From Octopus sinensis (taxonomy: Eukaryota), in NCBI RefSeq assembly GCF_006345805.1, contig NC_043000.1, forward strand, positions 57,908,001 to 57,972,000: a stretch of DNA of 64,000 bases, given 5' to 3'. A program made the translations under genes and the position numbers. The notes under the pieces are model-generated. The model was not told where the DNA came from. It was given only the letters and a program-made list of their open reading frames with translations, and ran no database searches. Numbering within the stretch: position 1 is the first letter of the stretch; each line of letters starts with the position of its first letter. Shown piece after piece: positions 54,331-64,000 of the stretch.

Positions 54331-55287
54331 ATGCTTCTATTTTAAAACAGCAGAGGCTGATATGAAGGAAATTTGGTTGCTATTTTCTAGCAGATCAATC
54401 ACGTAGAGATTCTCTCATTGGTCTGATTTGTCATACTCAGATTCCCTTTGTAATATATGTTTTAAACAGACATACTTTCACTGCAAAGGAGGAAAGTGAG
54501 AGGAAAGTGAGAGTGCAACTAACTAGGATATACTCTACATAAATAGCAGATTTTTTTAAAGGAATGATGAGAAAATATATTTGCAAGCTAGAGATATGTT
54601 TATGCCTGTGTGCATAAACACACATACACACACATTCATCTCATTTGTCAGGCATAATGACTTGAGATGTTATTCAATTATTCCATCTAATCATTTCGGT
54701 CTATATCATCTTTGGCTTTCTATCACTAGCATCAGGCCTTTGGATTTATTTATTTACTGACTAAACATACATGCTACTCCTTCATACTGCCATCACCATC
54801 TATCTATCTTCTGTACACTAGCCAATACTTTTGATTGACAGTCACTTTCCAGAATGTTCCATTAACCAGTAGAGTGGTCTACATTTGTTATTGATGACTC
54901 ATACTCTACTTTCACAACGCCAATCAACTATTTAGCAAATTTTCTTTTTTTTTTTGATGGATATCAAACAGGAAAATACAAATTAAATTATCACCTTACT
55001 TACATACGTAATAAGAAACCCCAACACTTCCTACATCACTACACTATTGCTTTATTATTTGAGATGGCATACCACTACATGGACACACATAACTTCAAGA
55101 CAACATTCACAGAATAAACTGACAAATTAGCATGCTTTCAACCAGCAACACTCACTCTACAACAACTGGCCCACTGATCAACTGCATCACCTTTTTAATC
55201 TCTGTCACGAGTACCACAATTTGCTAATTGTATGTGTGTGTGTATACGTGCACACAGTAAGCAAGTTATCTTGCTCTTCCTTTCACT

Positions 55288-55352
55288 TATATATAATATT
55301 ATATTATATATATATATACATGTATATATATATATATGTATATATATATATG

Positions 55353-55411
<59 letters not shown>

Positions 55412-55569
55412 ATATATACATACATATATATATAATACATATATATACACATATATATACATATATATACATACATATATATATATACATATATATACAT
55501 ATATATAATACATTATATATACATTTATATACATATAAATATAATACATATATATATATACATATATAC

Positions 55570-55602
<33 letters not shown>

Positions 55603-55616
55603 CAATATAGATATAC

Positions 55617-55651
<35 letters not shown>

Positions 55652-56157
55652 CAGATATAGATATATATATATATATATATATATACAGATATAGATATCA
55701 TATATATAATATACATATATATATATATATACAGATATAGATATACATATATATATATATTATATATATATATATATGTGAAATAGAAAGATGAATAATC
55801 TTGTAGTAGATAATCAAAAGTTTAACCGATACCTTAGTAGCAAAAATCACAGCAGTAAACGATTTCTGTTCAATCTGCGTTCAGCTCCATTTCTTATATA
55901 TATATATATATATATATATACAAACTATATATATATACATTATATATATATATATATACAGATATATATCATATATACATATATATATACATATATACAT
56001 ATATATATACATATATATATACATATATACATATATATATACATATATACATATATATATACATATATACATATATACATATATACATACATATATATAT
56101 AATATATATATATATAATATATATATACATTATATATATATACATATATATATATAT

Positions 56158-56196
<39 letters not shown>

Positions 56197-56376
56197 TATA
56201 TATACATATATATATACATATATATTATAACATATATATATACATATATATATATCTTACATATATAGATATATATTATATATACATATATATATATACA
56301 TATATTATATACATATATACATATATATATATATACATATAATATATATAAAGATATATACTATATATACATATAT

Positions 56377-56468
<92 letters not shown>
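55288..56468. repeat. About 1.2-kb degenerate (TA)/(TACA) microsatellite field
   Basis: Direct inspection; interrupted once, at 55778-55894. Confidence 0.95.
55778..55894 (+). mobile_element. Small (TA)n-embedded element, homologue of 6743-6937
   Basis: atgaataatcttgtagtagataat..ttaaccgatacct..gtagcaaa..tcac and terminal ttcagctccattt match the reverse complement of 6743-6937. Confidence 0.7.
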
Positions 56469-57013
56469 GGCATCAAATGTTGTGTGCAAGAGAGAAGACA
56501 GTTGCATAAAGAAGTATGTAAAGAGCTCTAATTGTGGAGGATACCTGTAGAAGGGGTAGACCCAGGAAGACGTGGGACAATGTTGTTAGAACGAATCTTT
56601 GTATGCTGGGCCTGTCTGAGAAAATGACAAGAGACTGGAAGATGTGCGATTTGCTGTACTTGATAAGACATGTCAAACTAAATAAAACTTTCTGAAGCTC
56701 CACACATACAGGCTTGTTCTTTCAGGTGTTGGTGCCACATGAAAAAAGCACCTATGTTGGTGCTGCATGAACACACCTGTACCAGTGTTGTGTAAATGCA
56801 CCCATGTCAGTGGTGTGTAAACTGCAATCTTGCCAGTGGCATGTAAAATACACCCAGCACACCCTGTTAAGTGTTTGGCATTAGGAAGGCATCTAGTCAT
56901 AGAAACCATGCCACAACAGACAATTGGAGACTGGACAACTCCTAGCTAGCCAGCTCCATGTCAAACCATCCAATCCATTCCAGATGGAAAGCAGAGGTAT
57001 GATGATGATGATG
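56469..57013 (+). mobile_element. 5'-truncated RTE LINE copy (divergent subfamily)
   Basis: [10 protein letters not shown]...RRGRPRKTWDNVVR..LCMLGLSEKMTRD; 3' UTR units and (GAT)n tail. Confidence 0.85.
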
Positions 57014-57027
57014 ATATATGTGAAGGT

Positions 57028-57235
57028 AGCATGCCGGGCAAAATGCTTAGCGGTGTTTCGTCTGCTGCTACGCTCTGAGTTCAAATTCCGCTGAGGTCGA
57101 CTTTGCCTTTCATCCCTTCGGGGTCGATAAATTAAGTACCAGTTACGCACTGGGGTCAATGTAATCGACTTAATCCGTTTGTCTGTCCTTGTTTGTCCCC
57201 TCTGTGTTTAGCCCCTTGTGGCTAGTAAAGAAATA
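57028..57235 (+). mobile_element. Young, slightly 5'-truncated family B SINE with TSD
   Basis: 15-bp TSD GATATATGTGAAGGT at 57013-57027 and 57236-57250; GAGTTCAAATTCC B box; CpG-rich. Confidence 0.9.
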
Positions 57236-57242
57236 GATATAT

Positions 57243-57545
57243 GTGAAGGTGTATATCCTAGTGACTAGGGCATTGCACTCATGATTGCAAGATTGTAATT
57301 TCAATTCCTGGAACTGGTAGTGAATTGTATTCTTGAGCAAAACACTTCATTTCATGTTGCTCCAGTTCACTCAGATATAAATGGGTAGCCCTGTGACAAA
57401 CTGGCATTCTGTTCAGGACCAATGATTTCCTGTCTGCCTAGCCACCAGGGTGGCATCATTTAAAGGCTACAGCAATGCAAGGAAGCATATTATGACCAGC
57501 AATGCATAACAACATCCAATGGTCTGTTTGGTACGGTAATTATAT
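57243..57545 (+). mobile_element. Old tRNA SINE (family C head, tail shared with 24720-24835)
   Basis: gtgaaggtg...cttgagcaaaacacttcatttcatgttgctccagttcactcag...gggtggcatcatttaaaggcta. Confidence 0.75.
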
Positions 57546-57884
57546 ACGGTAAAATATTCACCACTTACATGTGGATGTTGCATTAGAACACACAAATACT
57601 GCAATATTTACCAAGAGAGAAAAATTCTCATATTGTTATATGCTACATAAATGCTCATCATAGCTATTGTCAGCAGCAGACAATCACCATGCAGCAGAAG
57701 TAGTGGTGACTGTCTGTTGCTGGTTAGAGCTATGATGTGCTCTTATGCACCAAATAACCATATTAGATTTTACTCTCTCGTTAAATATTGCAGTATTTGT
57801 GTGTGCTAATGCAACATCCACTTTTAAGTGATGAATATTTATCTTTTGGTATTAATACTGCTTCTGTCACTCTGTCCGTCTGTA

Positions 57885-58428
57885 ATGTATGTATGTATGT
57901 ATGTATGTGTGTATGTATGTATGTGTGTGTGTATGTGTGTGTATGTGTGTGTGTGTATGCGTGTGTGTGTCTGTATGTATACATGTTGTTGAGACATTGT
58001 GTGTGTGTGTGCATGTATGTATGTACGTTCATATGTATGTATGCATGTATGTATGTATGTATGTATGTGTGTGTGTGTGTGTGTCTATGTATGTATACAT
58101 GTTGTTGAGACATTGTGTGTGTGTGTGTGTGTGAGTGTGTGTGCATGTAAGTATGTATGTACGTTCATATGTATGTATGTGTGTGTATGTATGTATACTT
58201 GTTGTTGAGACATTGTGTGTGTGTGTGTGTGAGTGTGTGTGCATGTAAGTATGTATGTACGTTCATATGTATGTATGTGTGTGTGTATGTATGTATACTT
58301 GTTGTTGAGACATTGTGTGTGTGTGTGTGCATATAAGTATATATGTACGTTCATATGTGTGTATGTATGTATGTATGTATTATGTATGTATGTATGTATG
58401 TATGTATGTATGCATGCATGTATGTATA
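57885..58428. repeat. About 100-bp compound minisatellite, four units built from TG/TATG microsatellites
   Basis: Anchor GTTGTTGAGACATTG at 57985, 58101, 58201 and 58301; second anchor GTACGTTCATATG in each unit. Confidence 0.92.
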
Positions 58429-58530
58429 GGCAATTTCAGATATTTTCAACTTTTTCACAAGATTAAGGATTTCTTCTCTCTCCTCTATCTTTTTACTTCT
58501 TCAAGATCAAGAATAAAACTTTCTACTTAC

Positions 58531-58648
58531 AACAGTATAGTTATCTTTCCAGAATCAAAGAATTCAACAAAACAAGTTCTGATACTCACCTGTAAGAAAA
58601 CAGAAAATAAAAAAAAGAAAGAATTATTGAAGTGTTTTTATGTTAGAG
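58531..58648 (-). promoter_or_regulatory. Candidate recursive splice site with 59-nt cryptic exon
   Basis: Minus: CTCTAAC (58648-58642), AG-free spacer, ttctttctttttttttattttctgttttcttacAG|GTGAGTAT (junction 58590/58589); downstream GTAAGT donor at 58530. Confidence 0.55.
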
Positions 58649-59994
58649 TACATTCTATTTACATTCTGATAAACTTTGTTCACTCACATACTGCATCATT
58701 ATGTTTTACAATATTTGTTTCAAATCACAAGCAGCCACTCAATAAAATAAAACTGACAGTAAAGTAACATGAAAAGACTACAATTTGCCTCCTTATTTTA
58801 TCTTATAATTATTTTTCATTTTTCAGTATTTACATTTAATGGCATATTTTTTTGTCTGTATTTGTCACAAATCTTACATAATGAGGCAAATATTTGCACT
58901 CAGTAGAAATATTCTTTTCAATAAGGTCAAAATTGCATAATGCTGCAATGATGCACAAAATAAAACTAAAAAAAAGGGTGGGTGAGGAAAGCTACTGCTT
59001 AGGTTTTAACTGAAGCACATTTAGATTTAAAATTTGCAGATTTGATTAATTCAAATTAAACAGACAGAAAATAACTTTATATATAATCCATTGAAAACCA
59101 ATAATTGCAAATGTTTAAAATTTGATGAAACTATTACAATTTTCATAGGAAATAGTCAAAGGAAATATAATCAACTAAAAACATATTTTAGAAATAAAAA
59201 AATAATACATAATGTTAGTCAAAAAATAAAATTGTAATAACAAAAACAATCATCTGAAAATTGTAAAACTAAATGATGAAGAACGAATGCATTAATGTGT
59301 CATTTTCATTGAAAATGTAATATTGCATCATATAGTAACTGCTGCGTGTAAGCACTGAAGGCAACTAAAGTGAAAAGAATTGTCAGACTCAATTAAATAT
59401 CCTATCTTCTTCATGTACAGAGACAGAATCCAACATTCAATAAGAAATCGGGCAATAGAATCGGATATGGTTTTTAAATGGTAGGAATTATCAAGTGCTT
59501 AAAATGAAGTCTAATTAGAGATTTGAAAAAGTAGTAATTAGTTTTCAAACTCATGAATCAATACACACACACATACACACACATATATATAAATACACAT
59601 ACACAGGTGTGTGTATATGAGTCGGTTTGTTTTTGTCTGTGTGCCAGCTGGTCTCTCAGCCTGCATATGTTCATACTTTAAGCATTTCAAGAGACCTGAA
59701 GTAGATATAGTACTATGAATGTAGAAATACTTGTAATTATAGTTATAATAATTTTATCGCATAAGCACATGCCCATAAATTTGTGGGGAGAGGAATAGAT
59801 AATTATATCGAACCAAGTACATAAATGATAATTTATTTTGTCAAACCTAGAGGGATGAATGGCAAAGATGACCCCAGCAAGATTTGAACATAAAATGTAA
59901 AGTGTTAGAACAAATATTGCAGAACATTTTGTCTGTTACTCTAATGAGTCATTCTGCTGTTTTAATCACATTTATAATAATAAGACTATTTTCT

Positions 59995-60240
59995 GTTTTC
60001 TTTTGTAAAGCCTGGTACTTATTCTCTTGGTCTCTATTGACAAACTGCTAAGTTATAGGACATAAACACACCAACACCAGTTGTCAAGTGGTGTTAGGGG
60101 ACAAACATATACACACACAGATATATATATGATGAGCTTCTTTCAGGTTTTGTTTACCAAATCCACTCAAAAGTTGTCAAAGATGCCTGAAAATGGGACC
60201 ATATAGTTGGGAAGCAAACTTACCACACAACTATGCCTGT
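59995..60240 (-). mobile_element. SINE family A, partially deleted
   Basis: aagcctggtacttattct...ggggacaaacat(ac)n...gcttctttcag...ccaaatccactca...gggaagcaaacttaccacac. Confidence 0.75.
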
Positions 60241-60674
60241 ACCTTATTTATTCTACTTACACACTGGTCATAACCTCAACTATTTTCTAATTAGTTGTAG
60301 AGCACTTGGTGAATAAATCTCTTGATAATGTGTGTACCTTGTGAGTTTTATATGCAACTGGTTACCACCTAATTCTGTATCATAAAAGAAGTGATTTCAC
60401 TTACATCGTAAATAGCTTTTAATAAAATTAAGAGTCACAACATTTCATTTCTTCTTCTGAAATATATATACTCTGGACCCCTTTATTTTAAACTCATATG
60501 AATAGTTGATAGAATTAGTAAGTGAGTGATAGCATGGTTTAACCTTCAGTGAATGGCCTTATTGTAAACATTAGACTATTCATCTCATACTGTACCAATA
60601 TATTGTTCATCCATGAATCAGTGAGAGACGCCTCTACATGGTCACTAAAAATAATAACCAAATCTCTCTCTTAA

Positions 60675-60891
60675 CCCTTTAGCATTCAGATTACTCTGTC
60701 AAATGTAATGCTTATTTATTCACATTGTTTTGAATTAAATATGCATTATCTTGTGGCAATATTGCAACAAAGTGATTGTTTATTTTGATAATGACATTGT
60801 AGGATAGGTGCAAGATGTTGGATCTGGCCAGTTTGAACATACCTGCAGCAGAATATTTTCGCTGGATTCTGTTAGTTTAAATGATAATGGG
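60675..60891. mobile_element. piggyBac-type MITE (family 2) inside a family X repeat
   Basis: TTAA|CCCTTTAGCATT ... AATGATAATGGG|TTAA. Confidence 0.85.
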
Positions 60892-61769
60892 TTAAATTAC
60901 ATACCCTACTGTTCTCAAAAATGAAAGACATATTGTAATTCTAGACACACTATGTCTGAAAAAAAAAAAACCCATAAAAAACAAGCTGGGAGGGTCACAG
61001 ATGGATTATTTTTGAACATAGGTGCACTCAGTTAGGGCTGACTTAGGGATAAACTCTAAACCCCTTCTATAAGTTATTATAACTTGATAAAGGTTAGGCT
61101 TCTCAAAGCAAGCCTATTATGACATTTTAAAACATGAAGAATTCAATTGTGTCCTGACTAAAAGAAAAGCTGGGGTGCTGCACTGTCTATTGTTTTACCA
61201 AGTGAAATCAGAAAGAGATAAAAAATATGAACAACAGGCACTGTTGAGCTAACATTGTGCACAGAATCTAAGGAGGACTTTCATCACAAAATCCTTGTTA
61301 TAAATAGACAAACTCTCAGAATAAGAGGGAAGCCTTAATAGTTTTTTTTCTGATGCATTAGCCTAAGAAATCAAAAATTATAGTTTAATAGCAGAGAGAA
61401 AGAGAGAGAGAGAGAGGGGGGGAGAGAGAAGAGTGTGTTTGTGTATGAGAGTAGGAAGGAGGGAGGGAAGAAACTAGCATATGTGAGAGAGAGAGAGAGA
61501 CAAAGAGGGAGGATAGTGAATGAGTGAGTGAGTGAGCGAGAGAAATTTTATCAATATTAAAGAAACTTGTTTCATGAGAATGAGCATTTAGAGGAGTGAA
61601 AGAATCTTTAGAAATACAAAAATAAAAACCCGGAGCAAATATTAATTTGTTTTTACACACAAAGTTTTGGGAAGTGGAAGCTCAAGCATATTTAGTCATT
61701 CTTACACTAACAATGGAAAAATATATTACAATGAACTTTTCTCATTAGCAAAATCAAATCCAGAACAAT

Positions 61770-61821
<52 letters not shown>

Positions 61822-62465
61822 ACATACATACATACATACACGCACACACAAAATACCACAGACACACATATGCATGTGCACACACAGATCAGAGAGAAGC
61901 CTTCCAAATGTAGGAAAAGCTTATAGCTGGTTTTAAACATTGAATGTGTGAACATGAACTTAGGTTATTATGACTGTAAGGTTTTTATAACATCTAAATT
62001 ATTTTGCTATGACTACTATAACTCTGAAAGTTCATTAGATGAAAGTTCTATGCTACGGGCTATACTCCTGAATGAAATCTTCCTAAATCCAGTATCTAAC
62101 CCAGTGATTGAAATCATTTTGTCTGCTACATATTGAATGATAAAAAAAAATTATGGTTACACATCACATAAAAAATTTTTCAAATTGCTTGAAAATGAGA
62201 AATTTAGGAAAAAAAAATTTTACAAAACTATTATCTTTTGTTTGTTTCAGTTATTGGACTGCAGCCATGCTGAGGCACCAGCTTGAAGGCTTTTAGTTGC
62301 ACAGATTGACCTTAGTACTTTTTAAGTCTAGTACTTATTCTATCAGCCTCTTTGCCAATTTGCTAAGTTATGTCAATTTAAACATACCACCACCAATTGT
62401 CAATTTGGGAACAAAAACAAACACAAAAAATATAATAGCATGTATACATATCATATATATATATG

Positions 62466-62727
62466 TAATAACGGTCTTAATATTGTCTTAATAACGGTCA
62501 AGCACACAGTAATTTCCCTTTGTATAACAGTCATTTTTCATAGCATTTTTTCCAATGGCTGGATAACTGAAGAGATGGTGGCGTGGATTTCCACCTCGGC
62601 ATCCGAAACTCGGAGTTTTATCATGGCTACCAAATAATTGTCACATATTACAATTACAGATAAACTCCTCTATTTACATAATATTGAGGTTTCTTTCATT
62701 CTTTTGTTGTCTTACCTTTTTTATCAA
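62466..62727 (+). mobile_element. (TA)n-embedded hammerhead-bearing element (Penelope-tail or retrozyme-like)
   Basis: About 260-bp non-coding insert between TA runs, following a family A SINE 3' half (about 62235-62430); contains the hammerhead at 62562-62622. Confidence 0.65.
62562..62622 (+). ncRNA. Type-I hammerhead ribozyme motif with complete catalytic core
   Basis: Stem I GATAA/TTATC; core CTGAAGA 62567-62573; stem II GATG/CATC with inner GTGG-attt-CCAC; GAAA 62605-62608; stem III ACT-cgg-AGT; GUU cleavage triplet ending at 62617. Confidence 0.75.
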
Positions 62728-62757
62728 TATATATATATAAACATATATGATATATAT

Positions 62758-62947
62758 AGAGTGCAGTGAATAAACTGTCGTCTAAGTTACACAAAGATGA
62801 AAATAACACTGACATCTCATTTTAAAATATAGTTACCAAAATAACATTAAAATATCTTGAAATACTAAAGGGTAAATTTATTCAATAAAATCACCATTGG
62901 CTTCAACCACTGCCTCCAGAAAACTCTTCTGTACAGTCTCCTTGTTT
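62758..62947 (-). mobile_element. Right-end fragment of the same Tc1/mariner family as 38172-38930
   Basis: Reverse complement of about 38720-38930 (gtgcagtgaataaa.tgtc.tctaa...ttcaataaaatc.ccattggcttcaaccac.gcctccag). Confidence 0.88.
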
Positions 62948-62949
62948 GA

Positions 62950-63155
62950 GTACTGGCACAGGGCCAGTAATTTCAAGGCAGGAGGTAAGTTGGTTATATT
63001 TACCCCAGTGCTCAACTAGTGCTTATTTTATTGGTCTCGAAAGGATGAAAAGCATAGTCAGCCTTAATGGAATTTGAACCCAGAACATGAAGATGGATAA
63101 AATGCTGCTAAGCATTTTACTCAGCATGCTAACAATTCTGTCAGACAGCCATCTT
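62950..63155 (-). mobile_element. SINE family B
   Basis: ccccagtgctcaact.gt.cttattttatt...gaaaggatgaaa.gca.agtc...ggaatttgaac...gctaagcatttt...gcatgctaacaattctg. Confidence 0.78.
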
Positions 63156-64000
63156 AAACATACTGAAATATTAATAAGGATTTTCTAAAGCTTTGTTTTT
63201 TAAATCTGCATCACACCCAGGTAGTCCTTGTGGTGCACTATCTGAGAACCATAAAATTAAATTTTAGCAATTCATAAAAAAAAAGAAGTTTTTTATACTT
63301 CTAAAACAAAAACATTAATAAATATATAACTGGCATTGATTCCAAGTTAAATAATCTTCAAATTTTTCAAAATGTACTAAGAAATGGATTGACTTTTATT
63401 TGTTTCCTGTATTATTAATATGATTTACATTTACCTTATTTATTTAAATGAAGTAAAAAAAAAATAAAAGAAAAAGCCAAAAATATTTCTATTATGTTTT
63501 CTAAGTCAAAGAAAGAAAGAAAGAAAGATGAATTGTCTAAATCAATCACATACAAATAAGAAATTTATTTTTGTGTAAACATCTACATTTAATTTTGAAA
63601 TAGACCAACTAAACTGATAACAAAATAACAAAATAACCATTTTGGCTCAAAGCCAAATAATCATTTTGGCTTCATTTCTTAGCAAAACTTAAATACGAAA
63701 TTTATGGCAAACAATCCAATATTTTAAAGACTTGTAACAGATCTAACCTGAAAAATATAAAATTATGAATCACAAGAAATTTCTAAACCAACAATTCATT
63801 GTTCGACTGGTTTCTGCTTTTGATGAGAGGTTGTACTGGGATGCCAACTTCAAGGGATTTTAATTATAGCAGCCCTAGTATTTTGATATTTGTTTTATTG
63901 ACTTCATAAGGGACGTCCAGTTAAGTCACTGGTGTCATTGTACACAGTTCATACAAAAGAACTAAATAATTCAAAGTACTTTTTAAAACGATGCACAAAT

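Noticed and set aside
55195-56476. Many ORFs rich in I/Y/C/V/M/H/T (also 34215-34557, 57781-58466, 2348-2539, 24919-25414)
   Set aside because: Translations of TA/TG/TACA microsatellites, not genes

Overview
AT-rich eukaryotic non-coding DNA. The SINE families, RTE LINE tails ending in (GAT)n and very dense (TA)n/(TG)n tracts strongly resemble an octopus (coleoid cephalopod) genome; this is recognition, not a database match. No intact host protein-coding gene is recognisable, and most ORF-track entries are microsatellite or transposon artefacts. The window holds a 5'-truncated RTE-clade LINE (6958-9192) and short copies of its 3' end, CR1/L2-like relics, three Tc1/mariner relics, TTAA-flanked piggyBac-type MITEs and several tRNA-derived SINE families, often nested. 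Three signals stand out. (1) Small non-coding elements carry Penelope-type type-I hammerhead ribozyme motifs: one with a complete catalytic core (62562-62622) and one inside a tRNA-headed element with an inverted 3'-end copy and TSD (11740-12255). (2) A strong minus-strand recursive-splice-site candidate (AG|GTGAGT at 58590/58589) has a branch point, a long pyrimidine tract and a 59-nt cryptic exon, suggesting the window lies within a giant intron. (3) A perfect 24-bp-arm hairpin lies at 50718-50773.
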